Shown here: positions 30,240 to 50,000 of the stretch, in pieces
Position numbering within the stretch: position 1 is the stretch's first letter
Layout of the letters: each line of letters begins with the position of its first letter
From: Zygnema circumcarinatum SAG 698-1b
Lineage: Eukaryota > Plantae > Zygnematophyceae
NCBI GenBank assembly: GCA_037447605.1
Contig: CM074817.1
Location: 992,001 to 1,056,000, forward strand
DNA: 64,000 nt
Reading direction: 5' to 3'
The notes under the pieces: generated by a model
Told to the model about the DNA's origin: nothing
Seen by the model: only the letters and a program-made list of their open reading frames with translations
Database searches by the model: none
Translations under genes and position numbers: made by a program

Positions 30240-32051
30240 ATGTGGATGGTGCCTTCTCGCCCGCCTGCTGCGGAGGAGGGCAGTGAAGGGCATGAAGCGA
30301 TTGAAGGAGTACGTTCTCCTCTCAGCAGATGCTCATTCTTTACCTAAATTGGTTACAGAACCCGAAACCCTAAAATGTCCAAAAATGTTGAGGCTTAAAG
30401 CTTTGAAACCTCCACTGTGAAAAGCTAAGCATGAGGAATTCTTCAGTCGGTCAATCTCTCACTTCTAGAAGAACCCTAAAAGGCAATTAAGCTTCGAAGT
30501 GATCATTACATGTATTGTTGTTTGGGTTGTTTCTGTTCCGTTATTTCAAACAGAACCAAGCTGTTGCTCACACACGGATCCAATGGAAGGGTTCGAACGA
30601 AATTGCTTCAACCAAAAAGAGAAATGGAGATAGAGGAAATGAGATGGCAATTGCAAAGGAGAGGGATGGGGAGAGAGGTCGACGCATGAAAAAAGACGAT
30701 ATTGATGCCGTGCTTACCTGGCTGGAAAACCCGAGAAATTTTATGAGATTGTTTGGGAAAAAGAGATTGAAAGTGAATGGTTTCAACCACACTAGGGCTA
30801 GCGGATTTGAGATGTTGGCAAAGCATTTGTATTATTACAGCAACGGAAGAATTAATGTCAGTAAGAAGCAAATGAGGGACCGTTGGGATTACCATTTCAT
30901 GAAGTTCAGAAAAGCATGGAATGAATGTAAGGACTCTTCTGGAGTTGGTCTGACGGAAGATCAGCGAGAAGCAGACTACTGTATTTTGAGAGAGAAGCTG
31001 GAAAACAAATCTGAACATTATGGACGTATGTTGGATCTGTTCGGAAAAAGGACCCATGTGAAGACTACAGTCTTAGACGCTGCAGATTCTCGTCGAAAAC
31101 GACAAAAAATCATGGCACTGGATTGCAACGGAGAAGAAACTGACAGGCTCGTAAATTGTGGAGTGGATAAAGATTTTTTGCAAATCCAAGACGAGCAGAA
31201 GGTGGAGAAGAGTTGGGAAAGTCAGAAAGAGATTGGGTACTTTGAAAGGAACGAGGATGATGCTATGAACTGCTCCCCTCTATTGAGAGGAGGAGAGAAG
31301 GAAGAGAGTGCAGAGAATTCGAGTGGTGAAGAGGAGAACACAAACAGCGACAATGGGAAGGGAGAAGGGAAGAAGGGTCGAGAAAAAGAGCAACAAAAAA
31401 TGCAACGAAGATTTCGGGAACGGTTGCTGAAGGTGAGGCTCTCTCAGTACTTTGAATCTCGCAGCCCTAAAACTGGAAACCCTAATCCAAAATAAGCCGT
31501 ACACTCTGAGTCGTATAACTTTCACCAATTCTGAATGTTAATGTTTCTGCTTGTCGCATTTTTGTGAACACTCTATTTGTAATTTTGCGTTACTCCCTCC
31601 TCCCCTTCCTCTCTCTCTCTGCCTCCCTCCCTCCCTCCCTCCCCTCCCTCCCCTCCCTCCCCTCCCTCCCCTCCCTCCCCTCCCTCCCCTCCCGCCTCCA
31701 TCCCAAGATTCAGGATTTTTGGGTTCATGAGTTACGTGTTTACTTCTGCAGCCAAAAATTGTAGAGGATTTTATGAGCAAAAAAACGGAAGCTGAGTCGA
31801 AAAAGTTGGCCTGGGAGAGAGAGAAGTGGGAGAAGGAGGAGATCAGATTGGCTGCGGAACGGGAGGAGGCGAAAAGGTCGAAAGAGAGGGAGGAGGAGTT
31901 ACTGAAAGCTGAGAGAGCGGAGGAGAAGCGTCGGTGGGAGGTGGAGCAGCGCCTGCTTATTGTGAAAACTGCAATTAAATCTGGATATGCGAAAGAGGAC
32001 ATAAAGGAGCTGCTCGATTACTGTTGGGAAATTGTGCATAATTTCGAATAG
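30240..32051 (+). CDS. Myb/SANT-like (trihelix) protein with C-terminal coiled coil, resembling the PIF/Harbinger accessory ORF
   Basis: In-frame exons ~30240-30308, 30554-31432 and 31752-32051 encode VLTWLENPRNF...GFEMLAKHL...QMRDRWDY..KFRKA....SGVGLTE...EKLE....HYGRMLDLFG and a tail LAWEREKWEKE. Confidence 0.55.
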
Positions 32052-33125
32052 TTTTGCAATGAAATAAAGCTGTAGATATAGTGAGGATGCCTGCAACAAC
32101 ATGTTGAGTTTGATGTTTTGTTAATGTTTTCAGCATTCGTTCTCTCCTCTCTCTCCTTATCGCCTGCATCGATTGCGAAATTTCAAACCTTCAGAAACCT
32201 GGAATGCCCAATGTAAGGACTGTACGAAGGGTACGGAACTAGTCGTTGGTTCTACGGATTTGGGGCTGTTGGACAGTTCAGTAGTTAGCAAGTTCGTTCA
32301 GAACTTGGGAGGTGGGAGGGGTTGGATCTTGATGCCTTTTTTACTTTTTTAAGTGAAGTTATGAAGGGTGAGGTGAACGGGAAGGGCTTCGGGTCGATTA
32401 GGGTTAAGGGATGAGGGTGGTAAAAGGAGGAAGAATCGAGTGATGAGGATGGGCCACTCACACTGGACGGGTCCATGGGCCATGGCTGCAAGGGGGGGTT
32501 GGCCGGTTGTGTGCATGGACATGCAAGTAAATGGGGCGAAAAGAGGAAAACGATGATGGGGATGTGTGGTGCATGGATGCCTTGATATGATTTGATGATC
32601 AGATATGCCTCTCTCGATCTAGGCATGCTTTACCAGATAGGTCGATGGATGGATGCATGGATGGGTAAATTTATGCATGGATGGAAACATTATGGGCAGA
32701 TGGCTGGATGGGTGGACGGATGGAAGAATGTTGAATTCAGGTGTTTCCATGGAGTGTTTCATTGTGTTTTCATTGTGAAACTATGTGAGGTGATTAGTTT
32801 AGAGTTCCTACCCTCCATCCCATTCAAGCACAGCAGGTTGGCCACTCGGCAGCACGAAGGCGGAATCTGTCATCAGGCAAACTTGTCCAAACTTGAAATG
32901 GGTACATCTTCGACTTTGGGTGTAAGCTGAAAGACCCATTAGTCGTCTGCCTCAATAAGAGAAAACATCTAGACTTTTTTCAAAGCACATAGTCATGAGC
33001 TCAATTCATGAAGTTCCACCAAATTGTGAGGGAATGGGCGGACGGATAAATTCGTTTACACTTCTTGTCGCTCTTCGGACATACTTTTACTGTATATGTG
33101 CTTCCAAACTCCAAAAAAAAGTTCT

Positions 33126-33156
<31 letters not shown>

Positions 33157-33463
33157 GCTCTCTCGTTGCTCCATAACTTCACCCTGGGACTCGCATCTCC
33201 CTCCAAGGCAAAATGAAGCTTCTTCTTCCCGCTAATACACAATGGTCTTCCGCCTCCCTCCACAGGGCAGTGGAATCAATGAACGATCCCTCCCTCCTTC
33301 AGCGGGTGCCAATTGGAATCCCACCAAAAGTATTTGCATGCTTGGACCCCCACATTGCCCCTCCAGGGAGAGCCTTCATCTCCCCCACACTCCCATCATA
33401 ACATTCTTCATCACCATCTTCAGCACCTCCAAGAGGTCTATTCAAGCAAGGAGTGGCCCTTCT

Positions 33464-36400
33464 TTACAAGCCCTGCCCAAAGGCCCGCACTCTTGTAGGC
33501 AGCCCATATAGCCTAATAAAGCCTGCTGCATCTGCCTGGTTGTATATGCCGCTCCCCTCTTCAAAGGAGGAGATGTCTTCACGGTAGAGGCTGAAGGGGC
33601 TCACTCGAGAGGCAACAGAGATGCTACCCTTGTAAAGTTTCAGCTTGACAGAACCCGTGGTAGTCTTTGAAACCTCAGTCATGAAGGCATCCAAAGACTC
33701 GCGGAGAGGATCAAACCAGCGACCGGCATAGACAAGCTCTGCGTATTTGATTGCAAGGGTGTCCTTTACCTGCAGAGAAATTGCAAAATGCAGGAGAGTA
33801 TAAAGAACCACCCACAGATATTTTATCTTTCTATGCACAGCCTCTCTCCTTCTCCCTCCTTCCGCCTCTGCTCTCTACTTCTTCTTCCTTCTCCTCTCGT
33901 CCCTTTCTTTCTCATACATTACGATTTGATCAACTACAAGGCAGGATGGCTAAGTTGTAAGTCTTTGATGCAAGCTTCGTAGAGTGTCTGGAGAGACTTC
34001 TTGACCTGTCTTAAGCAGCAACTGATTCGGATTTTCTGACCACTTAATCTCAGCAAAGAGCAGGGCGACTTACTTGCATGGTTTCCCTATCGAGTGTGAG
34101 AGACTCGAGCTCTCTGCATGCTTGCACAAGAATGGTGCCGCCCGGAGTCTCATATACTCCTCGGCTCTGAAAAACATGAAAAAGAAAAGTAAAGTAAAGA
34201 AGCATCCAGCAGCATAATAGCTCGGACCGACAAAAGCCATGGCGGCAAAAAAGAACCACACCACAAAAGCAAGAAAGTTTAAACCTTCAATGCCAGTCTT
34301 CATTCCTGTGTTTCTCCCATTTCGAAAAGACAGGCCCAACAATGGAGCAGGGGGTGAAGGAACAAGTCACCAAGTGAAAGCAGTACAGAAATGACAGTGA
34401 TAGAGAGATTGAAAAGAGAGGACGGAGGGGGGGGGGCAGGACTAGCTAGTGAAGGTTGCCGAGAGAGAGTGAGAAAGAGAGGGAGCGGACGGGAGAGAGA
34501 GAGAGAGAGAGAGGATGAGAGATGAGAGAGAGAGGATGAGAGAGAGAGGATGAGAGAAAGAGGATGAGAGAGAGGATGAGAGAGAGAGAGGATGAGAGAC
34601 TGAGGATGAGAGAGAGAGAGTGGATGAGAGAGAGAGAGGATGAGAGAAAGAGGATGAGAGAGAGAGAGGATGAGAGAAAGAGGATGATAGAGAGAGAATG
34701 AGAGAGAGAGAGAGAGGATGAGAGAGATTAGGTTGCAAACCTTCATCCCAACGAGCCGGTTCTCAACCATATCGCATCGTCCAATGCCATGTCGCCCTCC
34801 AATTTCATTGAGCTCCGCCAGCAAGTTCGCGGGAGACAAAACTTGTCCATTCACAGAGACGGGAAGGCCTTGCTCAATTCCTATCTCCACATACCTGCAG
34901 GATAACAAGTAGCAACAGGGAGTTAGATGCACCACAATCAGATACATGCACATTACAAAATTAAGACTGGTTAGATAGCCACCATTGTTAGAAGTTGCTC
35001 TATTTGGGGTCAGTAACAGAAAAGGGCATTACTCCAGACATAGTAAATCTGCTTCTGCTGTTTTTCCTGAAGCAGGCTTTTGGTTTCTAGTTTTTTAATA
35101 AGGTGCAGTAGGGTTTGCCGTTCATTTGAAGAGCAAGCTAAAGAGAAAATCTTAAGCATAGGGAAACATAGTTTTGGAATTTTCAGGACTTGTCTTATCT
35201 TACTCAGGGGTGTTTGGAGCATCTTCAGGATCGACAGTAAGCACAAACATATCCTTCTTTGGCTCATTTGCAGGATTCTCCAGCACATCACCCTACATAA
35301 ACAATGAGAGTAGAAAGAAGATCAGAAATAATAGGACTCCCCAATAACTGGGTTTTCTAACTCTTTTAACCCTCCATTCATAGCCACAGCTTCTCATTCA
35401 TCTCAACAAACGATACTACACCAGATTCTTCACTTTGTTTCTCCTTCAATATGCAAACTTTTCAAGAGTTGTTGGGTTTATAGTTTTCTTACTTCATGGC
35501 TGATGTGCCACAGATTCCGATCCCTGCTGTAAATAGACTTCTTAGTAACTGGAACAGGCACATTGTGAAGCTTTGCATATTCAATTGCATCTTCCCTTCC
35601 CTTAATATCCCATTCTCGCCATGGAGCGATCACATCCAGTCTTGGGTCCAATGCGAAAAATGTGAGTTCAAATCGAACCTGTCCTGCCCCAATAATCATA
35701 ATGGTGAGTGCCACCTCTTTTGAAGGTGACAAAATTTTGGCTATTCTTCTGCAGGAATGAATGAGAGAAGGTCACTTTGTTTTATATTACTGAAGCAATC
35801 TTTTTTCTGTGAGTTTAGGTGCATTGTACCTGGTCGTTTCCTTTTCCTGTGCAGCCATGAGACACGGCATCCGCGCCCTCTTTCTTAGCAATATCGACCA
35901 TAGCCTGCTCCAAAAAAATTGAAAAAAAATTTATGATGTTTGGCTTGTATACAAACCACACACAATCTCACGAGTAACCTTAAACCGAAACGTCCCTTCC
36001 CCATCCCCATACATTCATTAAGTCTGCTCAAAAAAACCCTTTTTTGCTGAATGTGTTTGTGTGATCCCTCACCTTTGCAATGACTGGTCGAGCCATAGAT
36101 GTTCCTAGAAGATACTTTCTTTCATAGACAGCTCCGGCTCGAACACAAGGGAACACATAGTCTTTCACAAACTCCTCCTTCAAGTCACCAATGTACAACT
36201 TCACAGCCCCACTTGCCTTCGCCTTTGCTTCCAAACCGTCAGTTTCTCCCACACCCTGAAACACAGAGGCAAGGCTTCAATGAACAGGGTCTACAACAAT
36301 GTAAATTCTGTGTAAATTTATACTCCATATGCAAAAAATTAAGAGCTATTATTACGATGACTTTCCACCCCACATTCTCCGCAGCACCATAAAGCCGAGC

Positions 36401-37490
36401 TATACAGTTTTCAGGCTCTACATGATCTTGAAAAGACTGAGCTTGAAACCATCAAGAAATGGCTTTAAGTAAAGGAAGTTCGTCCTCTCATACCTGACCA
36501 ACATCTGCGCAGAAACAGACGACTTCGCAGCCATAGTTTTCTCTGCATGAAATAAATACCTTATCTCAGAAACCTCAAACATGCAGTTCCTTAGAGGAGA
36601 GAAGATCTCCTCCCACAGTCACGCTCACCTATCTAAACAAGAAACTGAATAATATACTACAGAATTAACTACGCAAAACGAGCGAAAGGAGAACCTCATA
36701 CTGGGGAAAAGAGCAAGGAAAAAGCTAGCATGCAAATTAGAACCGAGACTCTTGAGCGGCACATGTATGGGAAAAGAGTATTGGTTAGTGATTAGTTTTA
36801 GTGACCACCTTAGCCATGGTACGATGATGGAAGTGTCAAGACCTCCGCTGTATGCGAGCACTACTTTGTTGAGCTTCTTCTTCAGTGTGGGAGGGGACGG
36901 GGCTGCCACAACATCCTCCGCAGCGAGTGCTGCCTTTGTGACTGCAATCACAAATGGGTCAAAAGTAGACATTGGTATTGAGGGAGAGAGAATCAAGCAT
37001 TGAGGTAAGGTTAAAGAATGTAGCGGACACACATTTGATCACTAGAAAGGGAAGAACTGGGGCGAGAGAGAGAGGGAGAGAGAAAGAGAGGCGGAGAGAG
37101 AGGGGGAGAGCGAGAGTGGGCGAGATAGAGAGAGAGAGGGATGGAGAGAGAAAGAAAGGAGGGAGAGAGAGAGAGAGAGAGAGCTGGCGCCATGATCAAG
37201 TGCAAAAAAGTGAAACTTCATCATTCTCTGTGTCTACGCTATCGAGAACTTCCCGTTAAAATGGACCAAAAGAAACTCTGCGAAAATTACAGTTACATCA
37301 ACTAATTAGTAATTTGTACGTATGCTTAATTTCTGTCACATGTATATTGGGTCACAGACTTCATCCTCGTCCGAATTTAGAGCAGTGGAGCTCACCAGTG
37401 CGTGTCTGCACCTTCTTGGAATGCACTGCCCCTCTCACAAACAGCGCCTCTCCAAGAGCAGAGCTTGATGAGGACCCGAGGGAGCACTGA

Positions 37491-37521
<31 letters not shown>

Positions 37522-38114
37522 AAGCAACCCGAAATGAAGTAGAAGCTAAGCTGCTGCCTTCAGGGAGCAAGTTCCCACATTGACCTCGATTGAGGCTCTT
37601 TACACTATGAAAAGTTTACATTATGAAAATAGACAAAGACACAGAAATAAATAGAAAAAGAGCGGTTTTGAATGGAAGTGTAAAACAGCAACCGTTTTTT
37701 TTTTTTCACTGTGCAATTTAATTCACTTCGGAGGCCTTTTTCTGAGACTGTATGAGGCCTGGCAGTGCCCCGCAACATAGTTTCAAAAAGTCTGAAGTAC
37801 CCAAAAAGCGCTTCACAAAAGCAGGAGTTTAAAACCACAACGAGGGCCATCCTTCAAGAAAAAATCAGAGCCATTCACAACGCATAAACAAACAAAAAAA
37901 AATTCAAACACATTCAAACAGCTATCCATACAAGCAACAATTCAACCTTTTCTTCAATTTTAGAAAAAAAAAAAAAGTTTTCTTTAGCAAATCATCATAG
38001 AAGAGCCCCCTCCCTCACCTTCGCCCGCGCTAGACCAGCCCTGTTCGCTTCCCCTGCAAATGCAGCGCCTATTGAAGGCACCCCACTTTGTAAAAAAACG
38101 GCCGGAGCCGCCAT
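33464..38114 (-). CDS. ASS (argG): Argininosuccinate synthase, plastid-targeted
   Basis: Motifs [77 protein letters not shown] and [15 protein letters not shown]. Two N-terminal transit-peptide-like exons start at ATG 38114. Confidence 0.97.
34455..34728. repeat. Degenerate (GAGGATGAGAGAGAGA)n repeat in an ASS intron
   Basis: Repeated GAGGAT interrupted by (GA)n. Confidence 0.85.
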
Positions 38115-39638
38115 TGCTGCTCTCCTCCCTCACCAGCTGCCGCTTTCACTGCAATTTCTTCCAAGAATCGCTGCAGAAAACCTAGCCGATTTTCCTGTAG
38201 AAATGATGGGTTTTTCCTGCTGACCACTGAACGAGCCCCAATCTCTGAAAAAAAAAGGAAAAAAAAGGAGCAAAAACCCGCAAGAAATGGCTAAGAGATC
38301 GGCTGAAGTCTGAGCTGCTGGAAGCGCTTTATAGGGAGGGGGGGCGGCGGCTGGGAGGGGCCCGGACGGAGCATGGAAACGGCGGCGGAACTGGAATGGA
38401 ACGGGGTTCCCGTTACATGAAACGCCTCTCTCCCAAGTCGACAACCCTTTTTTTTGCGGCGGCCGTCGGGGGTGGCTGCCCGAAAAACATTGTAAGAATA
38501 TTTCCTCGGTCAGCTTAAATCTGATTGGACGTTTGTTTTTCTGTGGCTGCCCGGGAATACGAAGAGTACTCGGGTAGCTGTTGAGTGGTTTTTTTTGTGA
38601 CCCGCAAGGAAGTCATTCTGCCCGAAACATTGTTGCAGCCTCGGGCTACATACGAATATGCGATGATGTTGCACTCGTTACATCACTTGCGGCGGCTCGC
38701 CGCGAATATGTGAGCAGTGCAAAGTCGCCACGTGTCTCCGTCAAGTGTGAATTGTTCCAAGGAATCTCGCAACGTGGCAGAAAATGTCGGCGCAACCAAC
38801 AACTAAACCATTGTCAACGGTTGGCAACCGTTGGATGGCAATGGTTGCCAACCATTGGGCGGAGGAACCCAGCCAACTATTGAAGCCAATGGCTGGCGAC
38901 CATCGGTTGGCGACTCAACCAACCATTGCCAAAATTGAACAAAAAAGGAATAAGGTATTAGTTGTACAAATAATCGTTGGAGCAACCATTGGTAGATCCA
39001 ACGGTCCGATCTGTGTAATCTCATCCGATGTGTGAGGTTTGTTGTAAGGTCAACATCTTGAGTTTGCATGAAGCTTGGTGTAAAGTTCATTTTCTTGTTT
39101 GCATGAATTTCTTTGTAAAGCCAACGTCTTGTGGTCTTGCTGTAAACTTGTTTCTTTGTGCTTTTATGAGGTTTGTTATATGGTCAATGTTCACCAACTC
39201 AATCTTATTGTGGATCATTCTTGCATTTCATACGAATGCACCACAAGACCATCAGCGGCAAACAAAGGCACGAGATTCACATCGGCTTCTAACCCCTCAA
39301 CATTGGCCCTACGCAACTACCTCAATGTCTGCTTCTAGAGCCGTGTTGTTCTAGAAACAGAGTTCAGCTCATAGCTCATTTTCCTTTCGTCCTTAGGTCC
39401 TCTGTGAACTGCTGGTTCCTCATGGTTCCCATGTTGTTGTTGTGTTGACTATGTACCATCCATGGTCGCCAACATGAGCCCAATGCCAAGTCCCCACAAG
39501 GCCCCCCCAACATCCCCATCACCTGACCGTACGAACCGTACTATCAGTACGAAACACGGTGGATCGGTAGTGTGTCTGTGACCTCGGATCGAGAGTTGAA
39601 CCCAAGCGGTGGATCCGCGTGGTGGATCGCGGGGCGCC

Positions 39639-39644
39639 TATAAA
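39639..39644 (+). promoter_or_regulatory. TATA box of RPS17
   Basis: TATAAA ~90 bp upstream of the ATG, followed by a pyrimidine-rich leader; a telobox AAACCCTA lies at ~39873 in intron 1. Confidence 0.55.
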
Positions 39645-39726
39645 CCCCCTCCCTGGCCTCCCCCTCGACCTCTTCCCCCTCCGCCGCCGCCTGCCCTCCC
39701 CCGCGCTCCGCGCACCCTCCGGCGCC

Positions 39727-42113
<2,387 letters not shown>

Positions 42114-43461
42114 AGGGACTTTCAGGATGCTTTGAGCAGGCGGCTGTAATCATACCTCATTCTGGAAACCATGTGAAGTCAAGGCAAAGGGATTTGAAGG
42201 AGAAGAGCAATGGAGAGTCGAGTTCAAGGGCCGCATAATAGCCTTATCTGCTGTTCCTGGCCTCCATACTGACCTTCGGTTTTCAGTTTGCGGTGTGCAA
42301 TTTGCTGTTTTGCAGTTTGTGTATGCAGCTGATGTCATGGCTGGGGTAGATCTTGTCCAGTAGTACCCCCATAAAATGCCCATCCCTTAAAAGACGTCGC
42401 TCCGTAAAGAAATTGTGCTGGTTCTTCCCTCATAACTTCATTCCATGTTACGAATTATGGTAAGGTTGGTACGAATTTACAGGCGGAGGTTTCCCCCCTT
42501 AATTGGCACTCTCTAAGGCGTCAAGCCGATATCTACCATGTTATGGGGGGTCTGACTAAACTCGGAGAGGAAGTGGCTTCGGAGCATCCACTTGCGACTT
42601 GTTCGGTTTTGTTTGTGTCAATTTCTTTTTTATCGCGTTTTCTTCCACAAGATCGTAAGCCTCTTTCAGAAGTTTTCAGCTGGGGGACTTTCTTAAACAA
42701 CCGCAAAGATGAAAGACAAACCAAGAACGAAGAACAGATTAGAACTTCAAACGGCGGTGAATTTGGTAAAACCAGTTCCTTGATGTCCACTTGAGACCGG
42801 CCCTTATGAAGAGAACAGCAGTTGGGTCTCCTTCATTGCTAGGGATTGGCTTGGCTTTACGGGCTAACCCTACCGAGACTACCAACTCTAACCCTCACTT
42901 TGGTCGCTTGCTGGTTCAAATCTCTCTTTGGACCAAAGCATTGTCTCGTCCAGATTGGGCCAACAACAGAAAGGTGACAATTTTACAAAAGTATAATTTG
43001 AACCACTCGAGAGTGGACCTGCCATGTTTATAGCAGAGCCGGCCACAAAACATGTTTATTCTCTAGTGGTGACATATTCAACTTGGCAACTTTGAACTAA
43101 AATGTTTACAAATATCCAATCGAATTCGATGAAGGTTTTTCACCTAGCCAGGTAAGGGATGATGAGGAGGGAGCTGATGTAAGAATAATGCACGTGCCAG
43201 AAATATGTTTGGCCTCAGATGGGTGTCCATGAAGCACGTTGATAAAAGGGAGCATAGCGAGATGGGGAGGTCAAACTGTACTCCTAAGCAACAGCCATCC
43301 TCATCAAAGCTGGACCCCACATCATGCCATGAATGCCAACCCATGATCTCCACCACATGAGACAAACAGAAAGGCATCCACACCGCATGATTCCATTAAA
43401 TCCAAGGAGCCGCACAAGAAGCCAAAAGTCAACTCTCTCTCTCTTTCTCTCCCTCTCTCTC

Positions 43462-46413
<2,952 letters not shown>

Positions 46414-47045
46414 TCATATGCGGTACAGTACAATATAATTCGATACGATATTGTACGGTAAATTACCAGATCTCTCTTGTCTTGCCGTGGGTGTCACCTT
46501 CTGGGAGTGTCGAGTTCTATCGTATCGTATCGTATTCAAAATATCGATATGGCGGACGATATATCAATTGGGCTTCTGCGCACGATCAAGACTGTTGCCG
46601 AAGTACTGACTAGAGGTGTGTGGGTGAGGAGATTATTTTATTTTTTTTTAACTTTTGGACACTAAAATAGGCACGTGTTTTGAAGGACTGAGCGTTGGCA
46701 GGTGCAGGTTATTCGCATTCCGACATAAGTTTAGGGCTTCTCGTGTGGGTCGATTGACTGGGCTTGTTTGTTTTTCTTTTTTTTTCAAGTCTTTATTGGG
46801 TTTTTGGGTCAAGATAATGAAAGATTCAAAGGACGTAAAGGACTCATCTCGAGCCACTGATCATCATCTCTGCTTCAACTTTATTCTAAGGATGGCTAGA
46901 ATGATGCTCGCCCACATGCGCAAAGGAAAGGGAAACAAATAAAGAAGGGACAGAAGCGGACATTCTTTTTTTTGTATTTTTTGATTTTTTCAAATAAAAA
47001 AAATCATGTAACTTATTATAAATTCACAAAAATAATGCATGAATT

Positions 47046-50000
47046 CTACGTACACGGTTGGCCAAAAATCTTGTCACTAAACGTGCTCGAAAAAACATCA
47101 GGCGGGCGAAAGGAAATGTTGTTGAATGGAATTTCGAAGTCCATAGCATAAGTGCAGCTCACGGCGCGAAAGGCCTCCTGGCGAGTGAGAGGCACACAAT
47201 AGCTTAGTAAAAACATACTGAGGAGNNNNNNNNNNGGGGGAGGTTGGAGGGGGGAGGGGGGAGAGGGGAGGGGAGAAGTTGGAGGGGAGGGGGGAGGGGA
47301 AGTACTACTAAACAGAAATCAGTAAACGAAGAAGGAATGACAGGATTTCCTCTTTACACTATCGAGGCCCTTCTGACACTCTAAAAGCACGTTACCTCAT
47401 CGATGAACTTCAAGAGTCGTTCATTTGCGTTGGTCGGATGGTCGCTTTTTCCAAGTTTGAACGCGGAGTGAGGGTGTGTCCCTAGCTGCGCCATCACCTT
47501 CATCATGTCCTCCTCCAGATTCTCAAACCGGCCCACAAAGTCGTACTTTATGCGGTTCAACGCACACAGGTCCAGCTGCGTGAACATGGAACCCAACCAC
47601 CACAAAACTCAAAAAACAGATTGTTGGAAATAAGGGAAATACTATCATGCCTGAGTGAACAGACGCTGTCTTAAAAATATTGGATTTAGGCTGTGGGAGA
47701 AGAGGGAGGGAGAGGAGGAAATGAGGAAGGAGGGAAGGAGGGAGGAGAGGGGCGGAGGCAGTGAACACGAACATTTTGAAGAGGCACAGAGAGTGCGAGA
47801 GAGGATAGGAAGGGAGAGAGTGGGAGAAGAGAAGACATGGTGGAGACAACATGAGGGCATAAGCGAATTGAAAGATGAAGGAGACAAGCGATGGGAGGAC
47901 AATGGATGGATGTAGAACACACTATCAACAGGTTCGATAAAGTTGCCGGCATTCAACGACTAGAATGGATGGAAATAGGAAGAAAAAATTCAAAGAGACT
48001 TGAAAATAAGTGCTCCTCAAATTCACGTTTCAAATCCAAACCCTTCCCTCCCTCCCTCCTCTCTTTCCCCCTCCTCCCTCCGACTCTCTCTCCCACTCTC
48101 CCTACCTGTGGAGCGATATGTGCTTCAATATGGTTTCTTTGAAGCCGCATGACATCCCTTACAAATCCAATGAATTCTCTGAATGACAGCAACTCGGAGG
48201 CCCTACGGCGAGGGCTAATCCCCAACGGCTTAAAAAATTTCTGCAGCCCACGAAAAAATAGAAATTCACATCAAACTCAAACTCTGCTCCCAACAGCGCG
48301 TCCAAACGCGATACGGTCTCCCTATCTCTCAAGTAAGGAAAACTGCATTCGTTTATGCACTTTCAGCAAGAAAAACCCAATTTCTTCTCCCACAAATTAT
48401 AATCACAATTCTCATAGACATCTCTTTGTTCGCTACTTTACATTGGCTTTGCAGACTAAGCTTGATACTTGCACTGAAAAAACAATACCCCCTCGTCTCA
48501 CAACGCAAGAGACATCGAAAAAAAGGGCCAGGATTGTAAATTTCCCTTACCCTGTTCCAATGTTGGCGATCATAAGGTGCACCTCCATTCACATGTTTGT
48601 CTAAGTAGACCGAAAGAGCCCGAGAGAAGGGATTTCTGACAAATGTGAACTTGAAAAAGTCGGGCCGTGTCAAAACTTTTATGGCTGCCCGCTCTGAATA
48701 GTGGTACCAAAGCTCCCTAAGGCCACTCTTATCGGGTAAGTGCACCACCCAGGCGTCATTTGGGTTAGGTAGACCTGCCACCTGGCGAAACCACACCTTC
48801 CAAGAGGTGCAGGCCACTTTCGGGACTGAACAGTAAATGGCTTTGCGATCCTCTAAACAAGGGGAAAGACAAAGGAAGAGAAAAGGAAAAACGAACAGAT
48901 GGTTACTATTTCTAGACATTCGGGAGGTCAGTTGTGAGTTCAAAACTGCAACGAAGAGCTATCTTCTGTTTTCATCGATGTTAAAATTTGGTTGTTTTAG
49001 CATATAGTTTCTAGGTTTAAAACTTTTTCTCAGCAGATCTGAAGCCTAGATCCTGAAACTATGCATTGTTCAGTGTTGTGAGATCTCACCATCAATAAAC
49101 AATTGTTCAGCGAAACGTTGTTTTGTGATTTGGACAATTTCTTTGCTGCTGCACACGCTCTCTTCCTCTGAAAAATCAGCATCGTCCGCTTGTACTCGGG
49201 CAACCAAAAATTCCGTTATTGGTGATCGGAAGGAGAAAACAAGTCCTTTGGTTTCCGTGAGAAGAAAAAGTTCCGCCAGCTGTCTCGACCAGAGAAGATG
49301 CAAGGGGGAAACAGAAAAACAAGACATTAAAACTTGGATGCCCTTCATTTTGATGGGCTTAAAATTGATCTATGACGAGAAACTAGCCTCCAAAACTTGG
49401 TTCAAATCTCAGTCCAAATCTTTAAAGGTCAATGGGCAATGCCACACCTGATTCTGCAAGCATTGAATCGACTTCTTCCCCGTCTCCTGCTCTCCTTCGC
49501 TTTCCGTTCCCCGTTCCGTTACATCCAATAGCTGTCTCTGCGGTTCCCTCCTCCTTCGCATCTCCATGTGCAAATTCTTCAGAAAGTCTCCGTTCCGTAA
49601 ATGCATGTTCGCCCCTTGCCGTTGTTCCTCCCAGTTTTGTGTTCGCTTCTGCCTCTCCTCCTGATTAGAAATAATGGGGCGAAGAGGTTTTCTAAAGGAA
49701 GTGGAACAATGCTCTTTGCGGTATGCTGTTACCGTAAGAAGGAGGGGAGCCCGGTCAGGCACAAAACTTTCCGAAATTTCCGAGGCATCAAATCCAGAAT
49801 CACCTCCTATCGTGAAATCAGACAAAGGATCTCGCAGAAAGTTCATAGTAAGCCGCCGGAGTGTGCAGTTCACAAAATGTCCACCCGGGCAGCCCAAACA
49901 TGTCAGTGCTGCCCGCCGCCCTTCTCCTCCTTCAGCAGAAGGTATTGCCTGCAAGTAGATTTTCATGCTTTTCAGCTATTCTTCAGACTCTGCTTTGGCT

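Noticed and set aside
42900-42940. GGTTCAAATC T-loop/B-box-like motif
   Set aside because: No cloverleaf or A-box can be built.
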